The notes beneath the pieces were generated by a model. It was not told where the DNA came from. It searched no databases and saw only the letters and a list, made by a program, of their open reading frames with translations. Shown piece by piece: positions 48,670 through 60,939 of a DNA stretch of 64,000 nucleotides. Source of the DNA: Botryllus schlosseri (taxonomy: Eukaryota). Every line of letters starts with the position of its first letter. Positions within the stretch are counted from its first letter, which is position 1. A program made the position numbers and the translations under genes. The stretch is taken from the NCBI GenBank assembly GCA_051294905.1, contig CM119371.1, positions 32,552,001 to 32,616,000 on the forward strand, written 5' to 3'.

Positions 48670-51281
48670 TAGGGCGATTTTTTTTTGACCTAAAAAACGG
48701 AAGATTTTGACCTAAAAAATCTAAATTTTGACTTTTTTTGACCTAAAAAAACTGAAATTTGACCAAATTTTGACCTTACGTATGCAAATTAGGTGTTTGC
48801 GCACATAATATCAAAATTGTACTACTTATCTTCATTTCTGGTTGGAACTGTCTGTCCTTACAAAGTAGATTGGCCTGGAAAAACGTTTTGGGCACAAAAA
48901 CTAGCAAATTTTACATGAAAAAACGATTAAATAGTATATTCATATTGAAATGAACCGGAATATTTTCGGCTGACACTCGTCCGGGGTAATCGTCAGCAAC
49001 TCGTAGAGAACTGGAAAGAACATGGTATATCAACAATCGTATCACAAAATATGACGTCATTTTTGTGATTTGGAGTCGACTTTTATCAAAATACACCAAC
49101 CAAAACTCTGTCAAAAAAAGGAGTTCGTGTACCACCTAAAAATAGTACATTGAACGCTCTCTCTTTCATGCTGGTGACGTCATATTTTGTGAAACGATTG
49201 TTGATATACCATGTTCTTTCCAATTCTCTACTAGTTGCTGACAATTACCCCTGACGAGTGTCAGCCGAAAATATTCAGGTTCATTTCAGTATGAATATAC
49301 TATTCAATTGTATATTGAAGTTCTGTACCTCCAAGAAGCCCATGAAAAAAGTAGTATTTTCACGAAATCTGGCCCTATGAAGAATGCCAGTAGTTACATT
49401 ACGTATTATGGTGGAAATAATTAAAATTTGTTGTAGTACAACGAACGAAAGATAGCTTACTTTCCTACATTCTCGGGTAGAAAGTGTTTGTCCTTACTAA
49501 GTTGCTTGCCAAGAATGGAGAAAGAACGTTAAACAGCAGCGGTGTTTGGCTGACAACACTGAAGTTGTGTGGACACTGCTGGTGACACACCGTGTTGCTT
49601 CATTCTGACAATGTTGTCTATATTACAATTTTTCAGCTTGCGCTTGTTGATATATAAGAATCATGCAATGTCCAAGCAGTCTTGCTTCATTTAGGATATT
49701 GCGGCACGTTGACCATAAAACCATGTCACTATTTGTTTCATTTGATCGTTTATGATTAGGGCGATTTTTTTTTGACATGTCAAAAAAAGTCAATATTAGG
49801 TCAAAATTGTAGCGTTAGGTCAAAATTTGTCAAAATTGTTTACAAAGTCAAACATTTTTTGACCTCTGAATTTCGTTTGTATCGTAGATTTTGCGCTGTC
49901 GGTGAGCTTATCACTTGATATTTCACAGCTTATAGCCTACTTTATAGGCCTACCGTTGTAATCGACCCATCGTCATGCTCATTGTGAATCATAAACGATC
50001 AAATGAAACAAATAGTGACATGGTTTTATGGTCAACGTACCGCAATATCCTAACTGAAGCAAGACTGCTTGGACATTGCATGATTCTTATATATCAACAA
50101 GCGCAAGCTGAAAAATTGTAATATAGACAACATTGTCAGAATGAAGCAACACGGTGTGTCACCAGCAGTGTCCACACAACTTCAGTGTTGTCAGCCAAAC
50201 ACCGCTGCTGTTTAACGTTCTTTCTCCATTCTTGGCAAGCAACTTAGTAAGGACAAACACTTTCTAACCCGAGAATGTAGGAAAGTAAGCTATCTTTCGT
50301 TCGTTGTACTACAACAAATTTTAATTATTTCCACCATAATACGTAATGTAACTACTGGCATTCTTCATAGGGCCAGATTTCGTTAAAATACTAGTTTTTT
50401 CATGGGCTTCTTGGAGGTACAGAACTTCAATATACAATTGAATAGTATATTCATACTGAAATGAACCTGAATATTTTCGGCTGACACTCGTCAGGGGTAA
50501 TTGTCAGCAACTAGTAGAGAATTGGAAAGAACATGGTATATCAACAATCGTTTCACAAAATATGACGTCACCAGCATGAAAGAGAGAGCGTTCAATGTAC
50601 TATTTTTAGGTGGTACACGAACTCCTTTTTTTGACAGAGTTTTGGTTGGTGTATTTTGATAAAAGTCGACTCCAAATCACACAAATGACGTCATATTTTG
50701 TGATACGATTGTTGATATACCATGTTCTTTCCAGTTCTCTACTAGTTGCTGACGATTACCCCTGACGAGTGTCAGCCGAAAATATTCCGGTTCATTTCAA
50801 TATGAATATACTATTTAATCGTTTTTTCATGTAAAATTTGCTAGTTTTTGTGCCCAAAACGTTTTTCCAGGCCAATCTACTTTGTAAGGACAGACAGTTC
50901 CAACCAGAAATGAAGATAAGTAGTACAATTTTGACATTATGTGCGCAAACACCTAATTTGCATACGTAAGGTCAAAATTTGGTCAAATTTCAGTTTTTTT
51001 AGGTCAAAATCTTCCGTTTTTAGGTCAAAAAAAATCGCCCTATTTATGATTCACAATGAGCATGACGATGGGTCGTTTACAACGGTAGGCCTATAAAGTA
51101 GGCTATAAGCTGTGAAATATCAAGTGATAAGCTCACCGACAGCGCAAAATCTACGATACAAACGAAATTCAGAGGTCAAAAAATGTTTGACTTTGTAAAC
51201 AATTTTGACAAATTTTGACCTAACGCTACAATTTTGACCTAATTTTGACTTTTTTTGACATGTCAAAAAAAAATCGCCCTA
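48670..51281 (+). mobile_element. 1.3-kb hAT-type non-autonomous element (outer copy) containing an inverted copy of itself
   Basis: TIR TAGGGCGATTTTTTTTTGAC. Perfect TSD GTAATGAG at 48662-48669 and 51282-51289. Empty site in the ZF1 flank near 6640. Confidence 0.95.
49757..51042 (-). mobile_element. Inner inverted copy of the same element
   Basis: Both TIRs present. Perfect TSD TTTATGAT at 49749-49756 and 51043-51050. About 99% identical to the outer copy. Confidence 0.95.
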
Positions 51282-51349
51282 GTAATGAGAGAACATTATA
51301 AATTTTCAACAAATCACCCATCACCTGGCAAAGCAACGAAGAGCTAGGT

Positions 51350-52246
51350 CAGGGGTGGGCATCATACGGCCCGCGGGCCGGATCCGGCCCGCGAAGGGAT
51401 TTTGTCCGGCCCGCGGACAGTTTTCCGTTTTACATGATAATGTGGCCCGCGGCCCTAGTCTGCCGAGATTTCCCACTAATTGCTTACAACGTCAAATTTT
51501 AGTGACTGCATGTGCATGTTATTATATACGTATATGCGCAGCGTGCTAGAGTGGAGCTTACGCGTAAGTTCGTCGAAGCGAGAAGACTTGCATTATCGGC
51601 ATTTGCGATGTACTCAACCCTAATTTCGTTTGTGGTAATCATGGTGTTTGTCGACTACAATGGTCAATTACACCAGGCTGATATTTCTTATTTTTCATTC
51701 TGTAACCGCCGACTTGTAGCACGGCACACTTCTAGGCTTTTGTAAGACGAAAACACTGCTTATACCAGGGGTCGCCAACTCAAAACGGGTCGCGGGCCAC
51801 TTTTCAAATTTCGTAGAGGTCGCGGACCGCATGAATTCAATATCGAGATTTCTCAGGCCACACAGTTGAACAACGATGCTATCTCGTCACCTACTCAACC
51901 CTAACGAATATATGTGTTGGTAAATTAGGGGTACCGGGGTTATCGAACTCCTTGAAATCTTAATTGAGGATTGCACCGTGTGTTGATTGATCAAATAGAA
52001 GCAGACATGGCGGCGCCTGTATGACAATGCTATTCTCAAATCCACATTGTATTCGTCATTATCGGCGAGAAATGGCTTTGAAATGACATTACTGTCGTTA
52101 AAATGTATTCATTAAATGCGATTTATTCCTTGTATATGTGGAATGTGGATAAATGGGCGAATATCGTATCGATTCAGCAATCCGGCCCGCCAGTTACTTA
52201 ATTTTCCTATATCCGGCCCGCCGACTCGAGAAGTTGCCCGCCCCTG
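51350..52246. mobile_element. Charlie-like hAT MITE with GGCCCGCG repeats
   Basis: CAGGGGTGGGCA...TGCCCGCCCCTG. Perfect TSD AGCTAGGT. Empty site near 6700 in the ZF1 flank. Confidence 0.92.
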
Positions 52247-52680
52247 AGCTAGGTGGTAAAGGTGCATCCGTATCGTCTGGTGCAAGTGTCGGGAACGTAT
52301 GGCTGGCCTTCACAACGCAGATTTTATTGAAGTTCTCAATAACACGTTTCATAATCTTTCTCGGGCTCGCACAATCCATAGAATGTAATGTGTACGCTGC
52401 TTGCAGCAAATTATCTGTTTACCGTAGTCATTACACCTTCTAGCACAGAGGTCCTACAGCAGTGGTTCTCAAACTTTTTAGACAGCGACCCAAATCTGAG
52501 TTTTAGTGGCATCTCGCAACCCAAGTCTCACACATCAAAATTAATGCATCTAAAATATTGGTAAGCTATAGGTTTTTACGGGCATGTATGACATATAGAG
52601 AACGTATTACATAATTTCCGACGTGTCCACATTATGGGCTATGGTACCCAACATAATGATACCAGATATTTACTAATTAT

Positions 52681-53057
52681 TCGGGTGATTTTCGGGACCT
52701 AAAAACGGAAGATTTTGACCGTAAACATGAAAATGTTGACATTTTTCGACGTTAAAAAACCTAATTTTGAAAAAATGTTGCCCTCATGTATAAAAATTAT
52801 GAGTTTTCACGCATAATGCTAGAATTGTACTACTCATCTTCATTTCTGGCTGGAACTGTCTGTCCTCACATCACGAAGTATGGTACAAATACAATTAAAA
52901 TGTATTGTAGTACAACGGAAGATACTTTCCTACATTCTCGGGTAGAAAGTGTCTGTCCTTTGTAAGTAGCTTGCCAAGAGTGGAGAAAAAACGTTAAACA
53001 GCAGCAGTTGTGCGTACACTGCTGGTAAAAATCCGTGTTGCTTCAATGTTGTCTACA
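52681..53057 (+). mobile_element. Old diverged left part of the 48670-family element
   Basis: GACCTAAAAACGGAAGATTTTGACC... colinear with 48670-48860 and 49415-49620, without the intervening palindromic module. Confidence 0.75.
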
Positions 53058-53418
53058 TCAGTGGTTCTCAACCTCCCCCCCCCCCCCCCGCGGACCGGCA
53101 AAATTACAAAAGATATGTGGCGGACCGGTGAACCTTGAAAATTGAAATCAACCCCAAATGTAATGTATGCAGCTGTTTTCCTGCAAGTATGGTACTGGAG
53201 CAGGCGTGGTCAACCTTTTTGCTATTCACGGCCACATTTCGATCACTTATATGGCCTACGGCCGCATACCAGGACACACAGTCGTGATGAACTACCTAGA
53301 CGCGAAATACCCATGTCCATTACTGGTGAACTCCGGACTAATCGACTTTATGATATCGTCTTACCCTACGCGGGGAAATCACTATATAGTGCTCACGTTA
53401 TGAATCGTTACTATAGGA

Positions 53419-55711
53419 TAGGGTTGCCATACGTCCGGAATTTCCCGGACATGTCCGGAATTTCACTGAAAAATCTGCGTCCGGGAGGAATTTCTAAAAT
53501 ATGCCTAAATGTCCGGAATTTTGAAGGCTTGAAGTAGGCTTAAAATTTTTTCGTAAATAAACAAACAATATTATTTCAAGCTGATTTATGCTATTCAAAA
53601 TTATTTCTTCTCGCATCGCGTGAGTTAATGCAACGTATATTGATATTAGTATGGACACCAGGTACTACGCTCGCCAAATTAGCAATGAAAATAAATATAA
53701 ATAACCATCATATACTGAAATAAGTCTGATTGTAATCGCAATTACAAGCTAACGGTATATTATTAGAGTTGGTTAAGGCCGATTGGTTGCTTCTGTCGCA
53801 GACAGTGGCTCCGAATCTTGAGGTCGTATTCCCTTATCCATGGATCGCGATGATGTTGGACGTATAATCAGCTTCCTATGCCGTAAGTGTGGGCAAGCTG
53901 ATTTTTTATAGTAATCAGCTTATCCAGTTTGGAGCTGGGCCACGGAACATTTTGAAGTTGGAAATGAGGTTGCGACCATAAAAAGTTGGAAATCATCGGA
54001 TGTGCTACCTGCTGGTGCATTTTATAGTAGCCTAACATATGGAAGAATCAATCATATTGACAGAAGCCATTCAAAAAATTCAACAGCCAAATGCATATTG
54101 TAAGTGCCCAAGAAGTTACATCGACTACCCTATGGCAGTGTTGGGATCAAGTCACTACCTTCGAGTCACGAGTCATCTCGAGTCATTGCACATTTTGACT
54201 CGAGTCAAGTCAAGTCAGTCGATTTTCAAAAGTGACTCGAGTCAAGTCAAGTCACTCGATTTTTGGAGGTGACTCGAGTCAAGTCGAGTCAAGTCAAGTC
54301 AAGTCACGAGTCAAGTCACAATTCAAGTCAAATTGAATTTTCGCAGTATGAGTGATGATTCAAAGTCATTGCATTTTGGTAGATGCATGAAAGACATATT
54401 GATTGGCCATATATATTAAATCAAATAATGAGTATGAAGTTGAATATACATTCAAAACGCCGTTGTATCGCTCACGCGCACGTTTATCTGCTAATGAAAT
54501 ACGTGAGCCAAAATAAAGGATCGAATACGAAGCGCCGAGAAGTTGAAACAAATTGATATAGTACAATACACTACCCCTCTATACATCCTTGAGAATAAAC
54601 TAAATAAAAAAGACAAATAATAAACTGTATTCGTTCGTTCAAACCATACAAGAGGGTTGGTTAGGGTGAACACTGCGCGATGTAAGCACTGAGCCGGCTA
54701 AGAAACATAGATACGTTGCTATTAGATTATTCTACTGCTAGTACATAAACGTAAGCTGTTTATCATTTCTATTTTGGTCAATATATATGTGATGTAACAA
54801 TGCATGATTAGTGAAAGGTACAATCCGTGAATGACCGGTTTCTCTCACAAGTCACACCGGCGTTTAGAGGACAAGCCGAACATAAATAGGGTACAGAGAT
54901 TTAATCGACACCGTTTACTTGATGACTTGAAATTGATTCGTAAATTTCGCTCCGAGTCAGGAGTCAATTCACATTTCTGAAGCGCCGAGTCAAGTCAAGT
55001 CAAGTCATTTTTACAAAGTGACTCGAGTCAAGTCAAGTCATGCGACAAAGTTGACTCGAGTCAGACTCGAGTCAAGTCATGACTCGAGTCATCCCAACAC
55101 TGCCCTATGGTGGGCCCAAGATCAGTGTTTTTTTCGGCGGAAGGGGGCAGAAAAAATGTTGTTTCGGATCTGATTAAAACACATAACCAGATAGCCGCAC
55201 CGACCTAACAGTATAGCAGGGCTGTCAAACACAATCCCGACAGGCAAGACACGGCCCGCCAGACGATTCCATCCGGACCGTGGAGAAATCTATTACAGAC
55301 CCCAGCAAGTAGCAATCACCAGAGGCCACAGGCCCAATTCATGACCTATGTTCCTCCATTCCTGTACACCAGTGGTTCGTGGTTCCCAACCTTTTTTCAC
55401 CCCCCAAGTACCATTTCGAGGTTTTATGCAGTGCTCGCTTACCACCGACATAAGATAAGCGCGCCGAACGCGGTCAAAATGTTTCCACAGTGTTGTGGTG
55501 CATTTTAAGGCGCAGTATATGATTTCTGTAGTGGATCCATTTGAAATTATTGTGGTCAAATATATCAAGACGGAATTTGGTTAGGTAAGAATGGGCAATG
55601 CTTTGATAGTGTGACGTCATATTGACGAACAATGTGTCACTTCATTTTTAAATCCGCTGGTGGGCGCTAAAGAGTGTCCGGAATTTGCTTCACAAAAATA
55701 TGGTAACCCTA
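53419..55711. mobile_element. hAT MITE (TCCGGA repeats) with nested elements, itself inside a Charlie-like element (about 53201-56330)
   Basis: TIR TAGGGTTGCCATA...TATGGTAACCCTA. Perfect TSD CTATAGGA. Confidence 0.9.
54136..55102. mobile_element. AGTCA/GACTCGAGTC-repeat hAT MITE
   Basis: TIR CAGTGTTGGGAT...ATCCCAACACTG. Perfect TSD CCCTATGG. Confidence 0.93.
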
Positions 55712-56354
55712 CTATAGGAACAATGATCTTGGCGCGCAACGTGAAAATTTTTTCAAATTCTCCAACGAATTTCATCATTAATACTGGTAGTCTCTTATAT
55801 TACTATTTATCCTTTCTCAGTCAATGCGATCAGATTCATCGGTAGAGTTGATGTAGGGAGTGTTTTCGAAAATTTTGGCAATTTATGAATGTTGATGCAT
55901 CTTCGGGTGGGCCGATTGTTACTGTAGTCACTTTGTTGCGTGTTGTTATTTCTTGACCTCCCATCAGGATTGTCGGTATAGTGGAAAGAGATTGGAATCT
56001 ACCAAACGTACCAGAAACAAATTTCTTTCGCGAGGAGCGTAGACCTATAATTCCTAGATGGTGTTTCTATATGGGGTGCATCATTTTCCTCGGTTGTTCG
56101 CATCTGTACTGTGAGGCCCAGATTGCAAAGGGCGCTACGACAATATAATAATCGAAAAATGAAGTCGCATTGAATCAAGCCTAACGCGAAGAAAGTTTCA
56201 AGTTTAATTGAAATATCTCCAAAAGTCGGGAGTCAACTCGCAAATTAAATTTTCATATCGACGGCGGCCAACACATACTAATCGAATTACGTGTCCACGG
56301 TCGCACAAATTTCCTTCTGCGGCCGCAGGTTGGTGCTGTACTAAAGAGTGACAT

Positions 56355-56583
56355 TCTTTTCGTATTTAATGCATCTCTGGCTTGCACAATCGCCTCTGCA
56401 TTGGCTTGGTGCTCCCGATATTGACTCTGGCCTACATAATCGCATCTGCAATAGTCCTGGTACGAAAGAGATAATCGCCGGCCTAACCATCGCGTCTGCG
56501 GGCCCAGCATGCGTTGGCTCCCACCCCTCGGATGGCTTGGTTGACAATATGCCGTTAAGTGTATTCTGATAAGTGATTGTGAG
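56355..56583. mobile_element. Short insertion with a 13-bp TSD, probably a truncated non-LTR retroposon
   Basis: TAAAGAGTGACAT at 56342-56354 and 56584-56596. No TIRs. Confidence 0.6.
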
Positions 56584-56877
56584 TAAAGAGTGACATCGCT
56601 AAACTGAATGACATCGAATGTTGGGAAATATGTGTGATTGTTTGTACGTGCAAGCGTAATTGATTTCCACTAATACTTAATTCGAAAAGAATTGAAACCC
56701 AGTCATTTTATTTCAAACACTGCCATCTTATTTTTCGGCTGGCTACGCTCCTGATCACATGAATTTATCAAGGAGGGATTTGAGAGAGATATCACGCCTT
56801 CCTCAATTCCGATATAGGACAGTATGATTCCAGTATCAGCTACCCGTCCTTCCAGTACTCCGAACCTATACAGACGA

Positions 56878-57096
56878 ATGGTTCAAAAGGAATGTGAAGT
56901 GTTTGAAGCTTCCGGGAAACGACTTGCCAACCTTTAGTCTCGCTACGAAGCGCTGATTACTATTAGGTTCACTTCTGTGGAGGCGGAAAGAGCATTCAAT
57001 GCATGCGGACTCTATGTTACAAAACTCCAGTGCCGGCTACAGGATGCCACGATTGATGCAATGTGCGTCATAAGGAGGCCGTTGCTGAAGCAGTGA
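56878..57096 (+). pseudogene. hAT transposase dimerisation-domain relic
   Basis: KECEVFEASGKRLANL*SRYEALITIRFTSVEAERAFNACGLYVTKLQCRLQDATIDAMCVIR. Probable right TIR ...CAACCCTA ending near 57324. Confidence 0.88.
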
Positions 57097-58333
57097 ACAT
57101 TATATTTGCGTGATTTTTCTCCTATTCATTTGTACTGCGCGCGTATACATAAATCAATAATAACACTGTGTTATGATTTTGCAATCCATTTTTCATGCAC
57201 ATCTCGTGAAATCGATTGTCTCACTTAGCAGTTATTATCCGGTTAACCCGTTAGATAAATTCCAAATATACGGATATATCCGTTATCCCGATCATAAAAA
57301 ATATTGTTTTCCGAACCAACCCTAGTACAGGCCAAAGAAAGCGGTCATATTTCAGGAAATAGACGATCCAAGTTTTGTATGTTAGCAGACTGACGAAGTT
57401 AAATATAAATATTCGAGTCAATTTCATGGTCAAAATACTGGCACACTCTGAGTTTTTTACGGTTAGCAACAACTGATGTTGACATGACTAGAGTCATGGC
57501 TTCAATATAGAAACGTTTTCGGAAATACCTCAATTAAGTAGCTCTACTAAAATGAGTTGACCTGATTCGAATGTCGACGTATGCATATTTCTGAATGAGT
57601 CACGACTTGGGTGCAAATAGTCGAGTCATCTTTCAAGTCATCAGCTATAATGCTTCGAAAAACCTCACGATCGACAGGCCTACTAAAATCCTTTATTCCC
57701 TGGATTCGATTTCCGTTTACGATTTGGACGTGGTAAGTTGGATCAGCATGCCGTGACAACACGGATAAAGGAAGCGATATTGGGATGCCATGAATGGCCT
57801 TATGAATAGTAGTGACGAGCATTATAATATCAATAAACCCATGAACAAATATATTCAATAAGTTTGAAAAGAATTGAAGCAATTTCGAAGAAATCTGATA
57901 ACAATTTGCAATAAAAATTTTTTTCTACATGAATAATTTGTCTACTCGATCTGCCTTCACAGTACAAAGTTTGCAGCCATCCTGCAATTATTGATACTTT
58001 CTTGGAATTGTGCTCCCAGACAGCTTTGAATAAAGCATACTTGTTAGGAGCATTCTCATCTCATTACTCATATAGAAGACCGATTAATTCGTACAGTGAG
58101 CGATGTATAGTATTATCCCGAAAGAAGCCAGGTTACAACTAATTACACGCAAGTATAAAAATAATTGAACAAAGTCCGAGAAACCAGATCACTTTCAAAA
58201 TGAGTCACCCTTGCGCACTTATGGTTCGTTACCAAGGTACCAGAATAAGAATAGTATAGAAGAGAACGAATGCAAGCCTGACATAGTCTGTAGCCTACAA
58301 TATATGCAACAGTTTATCAAGGTCTCTCTAATC

Positions 58334-59411
58334 CAGAGGTGGGAAAACTACGGCCCGCGGGCCGCATGCGGCCCGCAACACCGTTCTGTGTGGCCCGCGA
58401 GAGTCTAGAGAAACTTTTTAAAAATATCGAAAATGCGTACTAAAAATCGAATTAATGCAGGGACTTGATTAATTTTTTATTAGTATATTTCACCATGATA
58501 ATTCTAAGACAGGGGGCGTGGAAGCATCTGAAGGGGGCGCAAAGACGAGCTCCACTGAAAAAACTTTTCGCGCTAGGCGCGATTTACATCTCGTTCATAG
58601 TTTTTGCTCTGTATTTAGTCTGAATTACATGTAAAAATCTCTCATCCACAGTCGTAACCTTCCATGCCATCAAACTACCCGTTAAGTTTGCTAGCATCCT
58701 GGTTTCGTTTTGTAATATGACGAGAAGGGTGGCGCGAAATATTTCACCATCATCAGGGGGGCGGGTCTTAAAAATTTTAAGAACCATTGACCTAACGTAA
58801 ATACTTGATATCACAGCGGGATAGCTGCAACGAGAGTGACATAATTTGTATCACGAGTGGGATTTCTGATTGGCCGCTCCATTTTCTATTATTTCAGTGA
58901 TGTGCTCATAAAAACGATTCGGGCGTGTCTTAGGTAGATTCGTTGTCTGTATGCGTAGAATTAGGATATTTATATTTTATCTACATATAATAGAAGAGTG
59001 TTTGAAGCTAACATGGTTATGATGCTGTCGCCATTGTGTGTCCTGGAACTGAACCAAAAGTGGAATTAGTACATCTATGAACGGATCGGTGCTCACAGAT
59101 TTAAATTTCAATTCTGTTCTAAGAATCGGGCCAACCGATCGGCTTTCATCTCTGTAGTTTTGACAAATTGGTTATTGAGGTCCACCAGCCTATGAAATCT
59201 CGCCACTATATGTTTCTGACACGTGTACGATATCATCAAAGCAATGTTTGGCTTGTTTGAAATAAGCACATATATTATCTCCACGTCCTCGCTATATAAT
59301 CAAATGTCAATATTGCGTTTTGGTTTATAATCCCAATTTTATATAGTGCGGCCCGCGAATGGATCCAGATGTTGAATGCGGCCCGCGAGCTCCAAAGTTT
59401 GCCCACCCCTG
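58334..59411. mobile_element. Charlie-like hAT MITE
   Basis: CAGAGGTGGGAAAACT...AGTTTGCCCACCCCTG. Perfect TSD CTCTAATC. Confidence 0.9.
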
Positions 59412-60939
59412 CTCTAATCCCTTAAGTTACATGGGAATCATCATTGTTAACAAATACGAGATCAGTATGAATCGTATATTATATTCGAGTAAGTATCATA
59501 GTCAAAATACTGGTATACTCGGAACTTTTCGACCAGGCACAACTGATATTACAATATTGTCGATATAAAATGATCTTTTTAATTATGCACTAGTTGCTGG
59601 CTATTACTCCTGACGAGTGTCAACCGAATATATTCAGGTTAATATCACAATAAATATACTAGTCAGTTGTTTATTTTAGGTTTATGATAATTTTGTAGTA
59701 TAACAGACAAATATGCATGTTGCGTCGTGCGTATCGCGGTGCAATCAGTGCTCCTCGATGCCATAGACCAGTGGTCCCCAACCTTTTTCGACTCATCGCC
59801 CTCTTATAAAGCTCGAAAAATTTCCATCGCACCCCTAGAAGGTGACCCAAATTTGAGATCTATTGAGGTCTCGTGACCGCCGTTCCCTCTAAGCTGCGCC
59901 CGTGCGCAATTGCGCAGTGCTGACACGGAAAATCTAAGCTGCGCACGAAAAAGCCGAAGGGATGACCGTTTTTTAGTTAGCACCACAAAATTAACGAGAA
60001 AAGTTGTAATTCGGCAGTCCGATCAAAGTGATGACCTTTTTTTTGTTGCGCGCTGCTGACCAACGGACCGCGCAGTTAGTCGGTGAATGCGCACAGACAG
60101 ATTTTGCCTAAACCCCAAACGTTCAACGATAAGTTAGATGGCCATTACTGTACTATTCGGTATCATAACAACTAATACTGTCCTCCACAAATCTAACCGC
60201 ACAGGGTTATTATCGTTTCGGAAATCGTTGGAGTTACTAGTATGCTAAAAAATAAGGCTACTTCGAGAAGCAATGCTGTTTTGTTACGTCTATAAAGTAG
60301 CAGTGGCGGCTCGTGACAATATCGGGTTGTGGGGCAAGGGCTGCAAGCGACTTTTTATTAAGATGACGTCACAATGGCGTTTTCCAACGTAAACAAGTAA
60401 CTTAATGATGGTACGGTAACATGAATTTGCCGGCAACAGTGGTTTTAACATATGTGCCACGAGAGGTCCGCCGGTGAGCTGTGACTTGAAGTGTGGTAAC
60501 TGCGTAAACGGCGTACCGAACAAAGATTCAACACGTTTCATGTTCGCACTAGACCTGGAAATGACTATACCTCGAGAGATAACGTAAGCCTAACTGGAAA
60601 AGTCAACGAGTTCGGACAGATACGCAATGGTTATCTCATAGATTGGGCCTGTCATATTGAATCCAAAACATCATTCTGAAGAACTAAGAATAGCAGCCTC
60701 GGAAATTCGGTCTCGGTACAGCATAAGAGATTTTGGCCTTGAAACTGGAGACTGTAACACGACACATACGGCTTTATTACTGTCTATAGGTCTGTTGCGA
60801 AATCGCCTTTGGAAAATATATTACCGAATAAATACGTGGATGAAAGCTTTAAACTTAGTGCAATGTTGCATGACATCATCGAGAAGTGGTCTCATGGCTC
60901 TTTTCGGTATGGTACACTGTCAAAATTAATGCGAACAAA

